A DNA stretch of 64,000 bases from an uncultured Spirochaetota bacterium (lineage in GTDB: Bacteria > Spirochaetota > Spirochaetia > SZUA-6 > Fen-1364). The position numbers were made by a program, and so were the translations under genes. The number at the start of each line of letters is the position of its first letter. The first letter of the stretch is position 1. This document shows positions 50,798 through 61,918 of the stretch, in pieces. Location of the stretch: assembly GCA_963845535.1 (NCBI GenBank), contig CAWJSK010000002.1:64001-128000 (forward strand). The letters are read 5' to 3'. The notes below the pieces were generated by a model. The model was not told where the DNA came from, did not search any database, and saw only the letters and a list, made by a program, of their open reading frames with translations.

Positions 50798-52899
50798 ATG
50801 AGGCTTTTCCGCAAGACGCTGCTGTTCTTCATTGGCGTGATTGTTTTCCAGTCCGCGCTCACCATCCCTCTCATCACGAACCTCATCCACAGGATCAACG
50901 TCTCGGAAGCCCAGGCGGAGCTCGAGGCGGAGTCGGGGATCCTGTATGACAGCTTCAATTCCTGGAAGCGCCAGATCTGGATCAGCTTGATCCAGATCGG
51001 TCGAGACGGGATGGGCAGGTCCGCGCGTTCCTTGCGCGAGATGCTTCTCACAACCAAGGTGGACGCCATCGTCCTGAAAGACCCGCTGGGCCGGATCTCT
51101 GCCATGGTCCAGGGCGCGCCGGGCACTTTCACGATGACCGACCTCGAGGGACTGGCCAACGTGAAGGAGCACCCCTACCTGGAGCTCTCCCTGGTCCACG
51201 GGACGTTCTGCCTGGTCGGCGTTGCCGCCCTCGACCAGGGCGCTCACCCGGGGCGGGCCCACCTGGACATGTTCCTCATCAAGCGGATCGACTCGGATTT
51301 CTGCTCGCAGCTGACCCTGAACCGGCGGTCGCTCGTTGCATTCCTCCTCGGCAAGGAGATCCTCTCCGGTTCGATCTCATCCGACATGACCGGGCCTTTC
51401 TTCGACCCCGTACAGCTTGCCACCTCCTACCAGGAGAGCTACGGCCAGCGAGTCGGCCTGGGACGCTTCAACGTGGCGGTCCAAAGGATGGGCAGGCTGG
51501 GCCAGAGCGAGCATGGAGACGAGCTGTTCTTCGCGACGTTCCTTTCCAGTGATCCCTATGATCAGCGGATCCTCCTCGTGAGCAGGGCCCTTCTCCTCGT
51601 GACCGTAGCGGCGGCCCTTCTCACGATCCTTCTCAGCCTTTTCCTTTCCCGCAACATCACGCACCCGATTGCCGACCTCCTGCGCGGGATGGAAAGGATC
51701 ACCACGGGGGCCTGGGACACCCGCGTGCCCGAAAGCGGCGGTTACGAGATCAGCAGGCTTTTCCACGGGTTCAACGAGATGGCGCGGGAGTTGGAGCAGA
51801 ACCGGGCCGCCATGCACGACTCGATGCGCGAGACGCTTCTCCTCAAGGAATACAACGAGACCATCGTCAACTCCATCAGGGCCGGTATTGCCATCGTCAA
51901 CTGCGACCTCGTGGTGGAGAAGGCAAACAGCTCGTTCCTGGAGTCTTTCGGTCTGGAGGCCCGCAAGGTGATCGGCGCTCCTCTCACCTGGCTCGACATC
52001 GACATTGTGGACGAGTCCGTGGTGGAGAAGATCTTCTCCATCTTTCGCAGGGAAAGGGACTTCGTTTCCGACGTGAAGCGTTCGAAAGCGGGCAGGGTCT
52101 ATGAAGTCCGCCTGTACCCTTTCTTCAGCCCCGAGCGGGAGGCAGGAGGGCCGCCGGCTGCGTCTTCATGACCGACGACATTTCGGCGAAGACCGAGCTG
52201 GAGGAGAAGATCTTCCACGCGGAGAAGCTTGCCTCCATCAGCATGCTCTCCGCCGGGATGGCCCATGAGATCAACAACCCCCTGTCCTCCATCCTCACGA
52301 ACGTGCAGAACCTCATTGACGAAGAGAAAGATCCCGGGCGCTCCGTCTCCCTCAAGTGGATCGAGCAGGAGACCCGCCGGATTGCGCGCATTGTGCAGGA
52401 GCTCCTCAACTTTGCCGCCGCGGATTCCGCCCATGCCCCCGGAAGCGACGTCAATGACGTGGTGGAGGAGGTCTGCCGCATGGTGGGCCGTTCGCTTGCC
52501 CGGGAAGGCCGCATCCGCATTGACACGCGCCTCGCGCGGGGGCTTGCGCCGTCGGTGGTCAGCACGGACGAGCTCAAGCAGGTCGTGATCAACCTGCTCA
52601 CCAACTCGGTGCAGGCCATCGAAGGGCCGGGGCGGGTGCTGGTCTGCACGCGAATGAGGGCGGGGAACATCTCTCTCGTCGTCTCCGACTCCGGCCATGG
52701 CATCCCCAAGGAGATCATCCCCAGGATCTTCGACCCGTTCTTCACGACGAAAGGAAACGGGGAAGGAACGGGGCTCGGGCTGTCAGTAGTCTACGGGATC
52801 ATCACGAAGTACAATGGGGCCATCGACGTGAAAAGCAGGCTCCAGCAGGGAACGCGCATCTCTCTCAGTCTCCCCGGCCTCTCCGGAGGCGCCGCATGA
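50798..52899 (+). CDS. Sensor histidine kinase (HAMP-PAS-HisKA-HATPase), frameshift near 52150
   Basis: Two TMs and a HAMP domain; AHEINNPL, DSGHGI, PFFTTK, GTGLGL. Confidence 0.88.
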
Positions 52900-54345
52900 C
52901 CGGACCCTCCATCCTCATTGTCGACGACGAGGACGGAATCCGCCACGGGCTGGAAAACCTCTTCCGCCGGGAGGGATTCACGGTCCACAGCGCTTCCGGG
53001 TACGAGGCCGCCGCGGCGGCGGCCGGGCGCTGCACGTTGGACGTGGCCCTGATCGACATCCGTTTGAAAGGAACCAAAAACGGCCTGGAGCTCCTCAAGG
53101 AGCTCAAGCGCGTCGAGCCTGATCTCGTGGTCATCGTGATAACCGGCTTCGGGAGCATTGACACGGCGGTTTCCGCCCTGAAGGGCGGGGCGGCCGACTA
53201 CTTCCTGAAACCAATCGACAACACGAAGCTCCTCGACGCGGTTCGAAAAAGCCTCCAGCTCAGGGCGCTGGCCACGGAGAACCGCTACCTGCGGGACGAG
53301 CTGAACCGTCGATCCATGCCCCATCACTTCATCACGAAAGACCCGGCGGTGAGGGAGCTGATCTCCACGGCGGACAAGGTGAAGGACACGAACGTCACCG
53401 TGCTGATCACGGGGGAAAGCGGCACCGGCAAGGAAGTGCTGGCGCGGCACATCCACTATACCGGCGCACGCAAGGACGGGACTTTCGTGTCCATCAACTG
53501 CGCGGCACTTAATGAGAGCCTCCTCCTGAGCGAGCTTTTTGGCCATGAGCGGGGCGCTTTCACCGGGGCCGTGGAGAGGAAACGCGGCAAGTTCGAGCTG
53601 GCGGACGGCGGGACGCTGTTCCTGGACGAGATCGGGGACATGTCGCTCGAGGTCCAGGCGAAGCTCTTGCGCGTCATCGAGGAGGCGAGCTTCGAGCGGG
53701 TGGGCGGCACGAAGACCATCAGGGTGGACACGCGGATCATAGCGGCGACGAACAAGGACCTGGCGGCGGGGATCCGAGACGGGAAGTTCCGTGAAGACCT
53801 GTTCTACCGCATCAACGTGGTCTCTATTCCTTTGCCGCCGCTTCGGGAACGGCGCGGCGACATCAGCCTTCTGACGGAGCACTTCATCCAGAAGTACAGC
53901 GAGCGCTACACGCGGCCTCCGGTGCGCCTGAGCGCGCAGACGCTGGCGGCGCTGGAGGCGTGGCACTGGCCGGGAAACGTGAGGGAGCTGGAGAACACCG
54001 TGAACCAGATCGTGCTGCTGGGGGAGGCGAGCTTCCTTGCGCCGGGAAGGCCGGGCGCGCCTCGGGCCGCCATGCCCGCGCCCGCCGGCGATCCGGCCCA
54101 TGCGCCCGCCGGCGATGGTGGCCCGCGCGCCCGCCGGCGTGGTGGCCCGCGGCGCGCCCGTTGATCCTCCCTCTGCGGGGCCCCTGAAGGAAACCCTGGG
54201 AGCGGCGAGCGAGCTCTACGAGAGCCGCCTGATTGCCGAATGCCTTTCCAGAAACGGCGGGAACAAGTCCAGGACGGCGCGCGAGCTTTCCATCACTCGG
54301 AAGACCTTAGCTCGGAAGATCGCGAAATATGGGTTGTCGCAATGA
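52896..54345 (+). CDS. Sigma54-dependent response regulator (NtrC family), frameshift near 54140
   Basis: Receiver domain, [22 protein letters not shown]; the Fis [21 protein letters not shown] is in the next frame. Confidence 0.9.
54077..54150 (+). repeat. 24-bp tandem repeat x3 in the regulator linker
   Basis: GCGCCCGCCGGCGAT... units; the third copy lacks one A, which accounts for the frameshift. Confidence 0.7.
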
Positions 54346-54730
54346 AGCGCGCCGTGGCTTCCGCCGCCACCGTCCCCTCTTCGTCGTAGATCCATCCCCG
54401 CGTGTTGAGGACCCGCCCCCGCGCCTCATGGACCTTGCCCACGGCGCGGATTCTGGAGCCGATCTCCACGATCTTCTGAAAACGGACCGTCATCTCGGCG
54501 GTCACGGCCCGTTGCGAGATTCCCACGCACGCGTGCGCCATGATCTCATCCAGGATGGTGGCCAGGAAGCCGCCGTGGGTCATCTTCTTCCACCCGGAGA
54601 AATACGAAGGCACTTCCAGGCTCGTTTCGGCGGAGCCTTTTTCAGGATACGTGATTATGAGATGCAGGCCCTTGTCATTGTCGGCGCCGCAGCAGAAGCA
54701 CTGCCCGTCCCTTTCGACCGTCGCGTCCAT
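54293..54730 (-). CDS. PaaI family thioesterase
   Basis: CFCCGADNDKGL, HGGFLATILDE. Confidence 0.88.
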   Translation of the reverse strand: MDATVERDGQCFCCGADNDKGLHLIITYPEKGSAETSLEVPSYFSGWKKMTHGGFLATILDEIMAHACVGISQRAVTAEMTVRFQKIVEIGSRIRAVGKVHEARGRVLNTRGWIYDEEGTVAAEATARFIATTHISRSSELRSSE

Positions 54731-54798
54731 GGGGCATAAGATACCGAAAAGCGCCGTACGTGTCAGCGAGGAGGCAGGCTTTTCGGGAAAGCCTTCTG

Positions 54799-55605
54799 TC
54801 ATCCCTCGGACTGATGCCTGTATGTGTCAAGCTCGGACGGGGAAAGCTGCGATGGGTCCACCAGACGATAGTGCTTTTCGGAAACGACCCGCAGCTCGTC
54901 GCTCTCCTGCTGGATCTCGAAGAGGGCAATCAGCCTGTCCTTGGTGAATTGAGCAGCAAGCGGCCGGCAGACAAGGTTGGGAAACTTCTCTGAGCACATT
55001 GCCAGATCTTGCTCTATTTGAACGATGTTTATCATGTCTTTGGCGCCCTTGGCTTGGATGGGAAAAGCAAAATGCGCTCCCCGCCTGTCTATTCCCATGT
55101 ATATCTCATCCGTCTCGATCTGCCCGACCGTCTCGACAAATGTCCGCAGATGATTCTGGAGCGAATAGCACGCGACACCTGTGAAAACATCAATGAGCCG
55201 GTTGTAACGCAGTCTGGCAAGAAGAGCCTGTTCATCATTCAAGGCGTACATGCTTATGATTCCCGGAGTGGCATCAGGGATTTTCGTCTCCGTAAGAGAT
55301 GGGTTCGGCTGGATGTGGGGCTGTGCCACGGCCGCAAAGGCATAGAGGGACTTGCCCGACGGCCTGATTATCCATTCAAGCCCTTTGGGAGCTTTCTCTT
55401 TGACGCTTTGTGGAAGCGAATATCTATACCGAAAGGAGTATACAAGATCACCGATGTTCTTTGGCGGTTTGAGGCCCGCCGCCGCGGCTGCTGAAAGCAG
55501 CTCTTCTCTGGAAAACGCAACTCGCCGGGCACCCGGCAGGTAATGAGCATGAAACACGCGCTCGATTATTTGTTCGTACCGGTTTGCCTTTTTTTCCTTG
55601 GCCAT
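54799..55605 (-). CDS. Putative type II restriction endonuclease (PD-(D/E)xK)
   Basis: QIETDEIY..PIQAK catalytic-like motif; lies 11 bp downstream of the MTase. Confidence 0.65.
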   Translation of the reverse strand: MAKEKKANRYEQIIERVFHAHYLPGARRVAFSREELLSAAAAAGLKPPKNIGDLVYSFRYRYSLPQSVKEKAPKGLEWIIRPSGKSLYAFAAVAQPHIQPNPSLTETKIPDATPGIISMYALNDEQALLARLRYNRLIDVFTGVACYSLQNHLRTFVETVGQIETDEIYMGIDRRGAHFAFPIQAKGAKDMINIVQIEQDLAMCSEKFPNLVCRPLAAQFTKDRLIALFEIQQESDELRVVSEKHYRLVDPSQLSPSELDTYRHQSEG

Positions 55606-55616
55606 CGTTTCAAGTC

Positions 55617-56939
55617 TTATCCGGGCCAGCGCAAGAGGAGGACCTCCTCCCGCAACTGTTCCCCCGTGGCGGTGGCGTATCGTGTCCTGAAAAGGTCAAT
55701 TGCCTCTACGACATAACCGAGTGATTCGGCGATCTCGGCAAGGATATGCCCGGTCCGGATCATCACTCGCAGATAGGAGGCCTGGTCTCCGACAACGTAC
55801 GCAAGGAAAGCTCCCGGGCGCAAGGCGTGGCGGAGGGACGACAGATGCTGAGTCATTCCTCCGAAGTACAACTTGGTTACTCGATGATAGAGCCGTTCGA
55901 ACCCGGAGGTCTTTCCCAGCGAAATCCTTCGAGACTCGATATCCTTTGCAAGACCCTGAATCGTGGAGTTGTGCTTCACGAGATCATCATCCCGGTCGTG
56001 GACATAGACGCTGCGCGTGTTTGAGCGCACAAGCGATTTCTTTGCGCTGCGAACGTCATCCATGCTCCCGGCGAGGCCGAGAACGACGGTCTCCAAGCGT
56101 GTTGTTCGAGTGTAGTCTTTCTCATTCGGATAGGGTGGGGACGTAAATACCGCATCCACCGATGACGGTGGGAGCACAGAGGCAACATCCCGGGAGTCCG
56201 CCTGATGAATGCTTGACTGATGCCAAGGTCGTGAAGAAACTGATTCGAGATCGAATGCGATCTTGTCAACTTTCAACAGCCAGGGCTGGACGACTGCGGC
56301 ATCATGTTTGACTTTTCCGATCCCGACCTCGGGACCGAATTTCAGATTGCCTGCTTCTTCAACAAGCGTCTTGGCGACAGCAAGCAGTTCCTTCTCTCGT
56401 ATTTGTTCGTTGGCTTCTTGTCTGATGAAGTCCATCAAGACAAGGACCTTGTGCAGCGGCAAGGGACTGATTGAGTTCTTCAGCAAGAGACGGAAGGCTT
56501 CCGCCGACAGCGTTCTCAAGGCTTTCAGTTCAATGGCGGGATCATTGAGACGAGGATCATCCTCAATTCCTTGACTGCTCAGAGCCTCCTGGCATCTTAT
56601 GGCGACCGTCATGGCGCTTCTTTTCAGGGACTCGGAATCAACACTCCACTCGGTCTTGACCCGAGAGGCAAACACCGGCATTGGCAGTGCCTCTATTCCA
56701 ACAGATCTGAGCCCGACTTTCTGACATTCGACAATTGCTGTGCCCGTGCCGCAGAAAGGGTCAAGGATCGTGGCTTCGTCACTGAGCTTGAAACGGGAAA
56801 GATATTTTCTCACGACATGGGGCGGAAAAGAAAGAACGAATCGATACCAGTCATGGACTGGCAGGTCCTCCGGGAATATCTTGTTCGCGTCTGAGTTTTG
56901 AAGCGGAATATCAAAAAGCGAAGCGTCAACTTGACTCAT
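55617..56939 (-). CDS. Amino-DNA methyltransferase (probable m4C, motif I before motif IV)
   Basis: ILDPFCGTGT ... FTSPPY. Start ATG 56939. Confidence 0.88.
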   Translation of the reverse strand: MSQVDASLFDIPLQNSDANKIFPEDLPVHDWYRFVLSFPPHVVRKYLSRFKLSDEATILDPFCGTGTAIVECQKVGLRSVGIEALPMPVFASRVKTEWSVDSESLKRSAMTVAIRCQEALSSQGIEDDPRLNDPAIELKALRTLSAEAFRLLLKNSISPLPLHKVLVLMDFIRQEANEQIREKELLAVAKTLVEEAGNLKFGPEVGIGKVKHDAAVVQPWLLKVDKIAFDLESVSSRPWHQSSIHQADSRDVASVLPPSSVDAVFTSPPYPNEKDYTRTTRLETVVLGLAGSMDDVRSAKKSLVRSNTRSVYVHDRDDDLVKHNSTIQGLAKDIESRRISLGKTSGFERLYHRVTKLYFGGMTQHLSSLRHALRPGAFLAYVVGDQASYLRVMIRTGHILAEIAESLGYVVEAIDLFRTRYATATGEQLREEVLLLRWPG

Positions 56940-57017
56940 CCGCACGAGATTACCCCTTTTGTCAGGATTGAGCAATCTTTCCTCATTGTTACGGCGTTCG
57001 TTTCCTGGTGCTTGTGC

Positions 57018-57026
57018 TGGTATAAT
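57018..57026 (+). promoter_or_regulatory. Extended -10 promoter of ybaK
   Basis: TGgTATAAT ending 16 nt upstream of the ATG. Confidence 0.55.
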
Positions 57027-57042
57027 CAGAAGCAGGAAAGTC

Positions 57043-57519
57043 ATGGCAAGAACTGGCAGGACAAATGTCATGCGGATCTTGGAGTCGATGGATATTCCCT
57101 TCGACGTGGCTGAATATCCCGTTGCTGACGAGCATGTTGATGCGGTGCGAGTTGCCCAAACCCTCGGCGTCTTGCCGGAGATCGTGTTCAAGACGCTCGT
57201 TGCCAGAAACGAGAAGAACGAGCCGCTCGTGTTCTGCGTCCCCGGGCCCTCGGAGCTGAACCTGAAAAAGGCCGCGCGCGCCGCGGGGGCCAAAAGCGTG
57301 GAGCTCGTTCCTCTCAAGGACCTCACGGCGCTCACCGGATACGTTCGCGGGGGATGTTCCCCCATTGGAATGAAGAAGAAGTATCCGACGTGGATCGACG
57401 AGATCGCTCTCCTGTATGAAAAGATCTACGTGAACGCCGGAGCGCGGGGCTTCCAGGTGATCGTTTCACCCGGCGAGCTGTGCAAAGCGGCGCAGGCCGA
57501 GCCAGCGGACCTCGTCTGA
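57043..57519 (+). CDS. ybaK: Cys-tRNA(Pro) deacylase
   Basis: TNVMRIL, VFKTLV, TGYVRGGCSPIGMKK. Confidence 0.92.
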   Translation: MARTGRTNVMRILESMDIPFDVAEYPVADEHVDAVRVAQTLGVLPEIVFKTLVARNEKNEPLVFCVPGPSELNLKKAARAAGAKSVELVPLKDLTALTGYVRGGCSPIGMKKKYPTWIDEIALLYEKIYVNAGARGFQVIVSPGELCKAAQAEPADLV

Positions 57520-57523
57520 GGCG

Positions 57524-57550
57524 AAAAAAAGCCCCGGCTCAGCCGGGGCT
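57524..57550 (-). terminator. Intrinsic terminator between convergent genes
   Basis: AAAAAAAGCCCCGGCT-C-AGCCGGGGCT. Confidence 0.8.
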
Positions 57551-57574
57551 CTGGTGTCGAGAACGTTCCTGAGC

Positions 57575-57853
57575 TTACCAGACCTTCAGCAGCGTGCCGG
57601 CCCGGGAGAGGTACCACACGAAGATCACCGCAGTCACCCCTGCGGCGCTGAAGAACCACACGTACAGCGCACCGCCCTCTTCCCGGCTCGCAAATCCGAT
57701 GATGAGCGCGATGATGAGCGCGGTGAGGAACCCGATGATGGCCAGGATTCCCGCCACGAGGTTTTCATTGTAGATCGAGATGTAGCAGAAGAGGAACGTG
57801 AAAACCAGAAGCAGGAAAAGTCCGAAGAAGAATACCAGGTAATTTCTCGTCAT
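57575..57853 (-). CDS. Small 3-TM membrane protein
   Basis: AAGGAG RBS and three hydrophobic segments. Confidence 0.7.
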   Translation of the reverse strand: MTRNYLVFFFGLFLLLVFTFLFCYISIYNENLVAGILAIIGFLTALIIALIIGFASREEGGALYVWFFSAAGVTAVIFVWYLSRAGTLLKVW

Positions 57854-57975
57854 TGCCGCGCTCCTTTATTCAGTGATTGATTGCCCGTCTTCTATCCTAC
57901 TCCATTTTTCGCGAAAATCAAGACGCGCGCCCGCGGCGCCTCCGCCGCGAAGCGGGCTCACACGCTTCCCACTAT

Positions 57976-59787
57976 TCATCTGTTAAGCTTTTCAGGTGCG
58001 CCGCTCTGCGCCAGCTCTTCCGCCCGCGCGACCATCTCGGACAACAAGTCCAGGCCGCGGAGCCAGAAGTCAGGCGCGGTCAGGTCCACGCGGAGCGGCT
58101 TGACCAGCTCGTGCGGCCAGTCGGAGCCGCCGGCGGCGAGCATTCGCAGGTACAGGTCAGGGAACCCTTCGCCTGCTTCCCGGTAGCGCGCGTACAGCGC
58201 TCGGACCAGCAGGTCGCCGAACGCGTAGACGTAGACGTACCCCGGGGTGTGGATGAAGTGGGGGATGTAGCTCCACCATATCCCGTAATCCTCGGTAAGA
58301 GTGACGCTGTCCGCGAACATCGCCCGCTGCGTGGAAAGCCACATCTCGCTGATGCGCTCCGTGGTCAGCTCCCCCTCGGCGCGCGCACCGTGGGCCGCGT
58401 CCTCGAACCTGTTCATTGCCACCTGCCGAAAGACCGTGGCGAACGAGCTTTCGATCCGACGAACCAGCATTCCCAGCTCGGCGGCGGGATCTTTCTCCTG
58501 CGCCAGGAGGTCCTGGAACACGAGCGTCTCACCGAAGATCGACGCGGTCTCCGCTGTTGTAAGCGGTGTGCTCCAGGAGAGGATGCCCTGCGGGCGGGAA
58601 AGGTACTGGTGCACGCCGTGGCCCAGCTCGTGGGCGAGCGTCATGACGTCGTCCGCTTTGCCCTGGAAGTTGAGAAGGACATAGGGGTGGAGGGAGGGGA
58701 CCGTGGCAGCGCAGAACGCGCCTCCCCTCTTGCCGGGATGAACGGAGGCGTCGATCCAGCCTTTCTGGAAGAATGCCGACGCGATCTCCGCCATCCGTGG
58801 GTGGAATTTTCCGTACGCGCGTATGACGGTTTCCCGGGCTTCTTCCCAGGTGTAGCGCCTTTCCGCGCCGGCAAGCGGCGCGTAGCGGTCATAATCGAAG
58901 AGCTCGTCGAGGCCGAGCAGCCCTTTCTTCAGGCGATAGTAGCGCTCAACGAGATCGTATCGGGAGCAGACGGCGTTCACCAGGGCGTCCACGACGGTAT
59001 CATCCACCTGATTGTCCATGTTCCGCGACGATATCCAGGTCGGGTACCTGCGGAGCCTGTTCTCCGAGGCGAGGTCCGCGAAGATCGTGTTTGCGATATA
59101 GGTGGTGGTGCGCTGGATGCCCGAAAGCCCGCGGGTCAGCGCCGCCGCGGCCTTCCGCCTGGTCTCCCGGTCCGGCGAGTACAGGTTGGCAAGCAAGGCT
59201 TGTTGCGGGACGCGCCCTCCGTCCCAATCATAGAGCGTCGCGGAATGTACCTCGTCGAAAAACCGGGACCATGCCAGCCGCCCCGTCACGGATTTCTCTC
59301 TCAGTATCCTTTCCTCCGGCTCGCTCAGGAGGTGCGGCCGGTAGCGGCGTGAGAGAATGAGCCAGTGGCGCCAGCGGGCCAGGCGCGGATCATTCGTCAG
59401 CCGGTGTGCCGTCTCATCCGTGGCCTCTGCCCACTCCAGGTCTACGAACACCAGGCGCTGCGACAGACGGGACTCGGTCTCCATCTGCTTCTGGAAAAGG
59501 GCCCCTCGGCCCGGGTCATCGCTTTGCGTTGCCCACGAGAGGTGGGCGTAGCTTGCGGCCCTCCCCATGCGCTCCGCGAGCGCTTCATAGCTCTCCAGGA
59601 GCCGGCTCATCTCCTCTGCCTCCAATGCGGCCACTCTCCCCCGGTAGCGCGCGGCAAAGGAGTCCACATCCTGATCCAGCACTGCCATTTCGGAGTCGAT
59701 GCGCTGGCCTGCCGGCTCGGGATAGACGTCCGAAAGGTTCCACGCAACCGTCTCCGCGCCGGTGCGCTGGTCGTTGTCTTCCTTCAT
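57976..59787 (-). CDS. M3 family oligoendopeptidase F
   Basis: WNLSDVY, GKRGGAFC, LAHELGHGVH, AETAS. Confidence 0.93.
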   Translation of the reverse strand: MKEDNDQRTGAETVAWNLSDVYPEPAGQRIDSEMAVLDQDVDSFAARYRGRVAALEAEEMSRLLESYEALAERMGRAASYAHLSWATQSDDPGRGALFQKQMETESRLSQRLVFVDLEWAEATDETAHRLTNDPRLARWRHWLILSRRYRPHLLSEPEERILREKSVTGRLAWSRFFDEVHSATLYDWDGGRVPQQALLANLYSPDRETRRKAAAALTRGLSGIQRTTTYIANTIFADLASENRLRRYPTWISSRNMDNQVDDTVVDALVNAVCSRYDLVERYYRLKKGLLGLDELFDYDRYAPLAGAERRYTWEEARETVIRAYGKFHPRMAEIASAFFQKGWIDASVHPGKRGGAFCAATVPSLHPYVLLNFQGKADDVMTLAHELGHGVHQYLSRPQGILSWSTPLTTAETASIFGETLVFQDLLAQEKDPAAELGMLVRRIESSFATVFRQVAMNRFEDAAHGARAEGELTTERISEMWLSTQRAMFADSVTLTEDYGIWWSYIPHFIHTPGYVYVYAFGDLLVRALYARYREAGEGFPDLYLRMLAAGGSDWPHELVKPLRVDLTAPDFWLRGLDLLSEMVARAEELAQSGAPEKLNR

Positions 59788-61052
59788 GCGGGTTGAAGCC
59801 TCCTCTGCGTCTCTTCCAGCGCGGCTATGCGCTCCGCCAGGGTGGGATGCGAATAATGGAAGAAGCTGTACAGGGGATGGGGGGTGAGGTTGCTCAGGTT
59901 TTCACGGCTGAGCCTGAGCAGCGCGGAGATCATGCCCGCCGCGGAGCCGACCCCCTGCACGGCGAACCTGTCCGCCTCGTATTCATGCCGCCGGGACCAG
60001 AGGGAGGAAAGGGGCTGGAGGAAGAACGTGAAGGGGCCCGAGCAGAATGCAAGGAGGATCAGGATGGCGTGGTAACCGGGTTGGTGGAAGCCGAACGCCT
60101 GGTACAGCGGCAGGTAGGGGAGAAGGAGGCTGATGATCCAGAACCCGATCAGGGACATCGCCAGGGAGACCGCGATGCCTTTTTTCACGTGGTTCTTTTT
60201 CTCATGACCGATCTCGTGCGCCAGCACGGAAAGTATCTCCTCCTTCGACGAGGAGGCAACCAGCGTGTCGAAAAGCACGATCCGCTTTGACCTCCCGAGG
60301 CCCGTGAAATACGCGTTGGAATGGCTGGAGCGTTTGCTTGAGTCCACGACGAAGATTCCCTTTGTCCGGAAGCCCAGCTTCGCGGCCAGGGTCATGATTG
60401 CCTCTTTGAGCTCACCGTCCGGGAGGGGGGTGAACTTGTTGAAAAGAGGGGCAATGACCAGCGGCGCAAGGATGCTCATCACGACCTGGAAGACGCTCAT
60501 GGCCCCGAACGCCCAAATCCACCAGAACCTTCCAGTCTTGTCCATGAACCAGAACAGCCCCAGCAGGACGGGAATGCCGATCACCGCGGAGACGGCAAAT
60601 CCTTTCAGCGTGTCCACGACGTACAACAGAGGCGTCGTCCTGTTGAAGCCGAACCGCGCCTCGACGGAGAAGGTGGAATACAGGGAGAAAGGGAGCGCCA
60701 GCACCCAGAACAGAAGAGACACGCACGCGATCACGACGATGCCCTGGAAATACGGATGGAGGGGCAGGGTCCGGATGGCGTCATCCACGGTCCCCAGGAA
60801 TCCCGAGAGGACAACGGCAAGGAGGGCCGCGGCGGAAAATCCCCCGGCGGCCAGGCCGAACCTCCCGCGCGTAATGGTGTAGGAAACCGAGCGCGCATAT
60901 GTCTCCTTGTCGATCACCCCGGCGAACGCCCGCGGGACCTCGGAGGCGTTCTTCTGGACGTGCCCCAGGTTGAGCAGGCTGAGCGCCAACTCCCAGAAGT
61001 ACTCCACGAAGAAGAAGACAAGATACAGGATGAGAATGCTCTGTGCGCTCAC
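59784..61052 (-). CDS. M48 Ste24-like endopeptidase
   Basis: NAYFTG, AHEIGH, EYEAD, HYSHP. Confidence 0.93.
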   Translation of the reverse strand: MSAQSILILYLVFFFVEYFWELALSLLNLGHVQKNASEVPRAFAGVIDKETYARSVSYTITRGRFGLAAGGFSAAALLAVVLSGFLGTVDDAIRTLPLHPYFQGIVVIACVSLLFWVLALPFSLYSTFSVEARFGFNRTTPLLYVVDTLKGFAVSAVIGIPVLLGLFWFMDKTGRFWWIWAFGAMSVFQVVMSILAPLVIAPLFNKFTPLPDGELKEAIMTLAAKLGFRTKGIFVVDSSKRSSHSNAYFTGLGRSKRIVLFDTLVASSSKEEILSVLAHEIGHEKKNHVKKGIAVSLAMSLIGFWIISLLLPYLPLYQAFGFHQPGYHAILILLAFCSGPFTFFLQPLSSLWSRRHEYEADRFAVQGVGSAAGMISALLRLSRENLSNLTPHPLYSFFHYSHPTLAERIAALEETQRRLQPA

Positions 61053-61256
61053 GGTTTTACCTTTCTCACATCAAAGTAATCGGCATGCCGGCCCAAGGCA
61101 ATGAGTCCGAACGGGTATCCCCGTATCGTGCGCGGAGGCGCGTATTCTTTCGCCGAACAGGCCTGCGCGTCCTTCCACACCACCGGCGGAAAAAAGGAAA
61201 ATTCTTTTGAAAAGGCGGCCTGCCTGCATTACAATCACGGCATCAAGGAGGGCAAA

Positions 61257-61862
61257 ATGAATCTCTCGATCAAACATCAGGAAAAGTATTCTCGCGGCCA
61301 GCTGATCCTCCGCACACTGTTCGGTGGCATTTACATTGCGATTCCCCACCTGCTTCTTCTGGCAATCGTCGGGATCTGGTCAGGCATCATTTCCTTCCTT
61401 ACCTTCTGGGTCGTCCTTTTCACGGGAAGGTTTCCGGAGAGCTTCTTCAATTTCCAGATCGGATATCAGAAGTGGTATCTGCGAGTCTGCCTCGCTAGGA
61501 GTATTCCACGCTGGTTATGGCAATCTCGTAGACGGATATCCAGCGTTCTTCCCGTCCGGGAAGGGTGACAGCGTGAGGCTCGAAGTTCCCCGGCCCGAGC
61601 GCGTCAGCCGTGGTCTTGTCATCCTTAGCCTGCTGTTTCGGCCTGATCTACGTGGGGATTCCGCACGGCGTTTGTCTCCTTTTCCGTCAGATAGCGAGCG
61701 CAGTTCTCGCTTTCCTGGCGTGGTGGGCCATCCTTTTTACGGGCCGCTACCCTGCTCGTTGGCACGCTTTCAACGTCGGCACGTACCGATGGGCTACCGC
61801 GCGTCAGTCTGTACCTGGGTTATTTTACGGACGAATATCCGCGTTTCAGCGGCAAAGAGTAG
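61257..61862 (+). CDS. DUF4389 membrane protein (frameshifted)
   Basis: Two repeats IPH..W.VLFTGRFP / W.ILFTGRYP..D.YP spread over several frames. Confidence 0.72.
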
Positions 61863-61871
61863 ACTCGAAAC

Positions 61872-61904
61872 AGGGCGTCTTCCCCGGGAGGGCGCCCTTT
61901 TTTT
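61872..61904 (+). terminator. Intrinsic terminator
   Basis: AGGGCGTCTTCC..GGAGGGCGCCC followed by T7. Confidence 0.75.
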
Positions 61905-61918
61905 CATGAGAGGAAAAC

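Noticed and set aside
54077..54150. 24-bp repeats as a CRISPR array
   Set aside because: They are contiguous coding linker repeats with no spacers, and no cas genes are present.
18069..60290. Long antisense ORFs (e.g. 18069-19682, 28070-30310, 31727-32977, 52791-54101, 57877-59352)
   Set aside because: Shadow ORFs of high-GC coding genes, with no recognisable motifs.
12224..61862. About ten frameshifted genes (ABC permeases, sigma factor, kinase, HK, RR, DUF4389) as genuine pseudogenes or programmed frameshifts
   Set aside because: They are scattered small indels in otherwise intact genes of unrelated function, without premature-stop decay. Sequencing or assembly error is the simpler explanation; raw reads are needed to decide.
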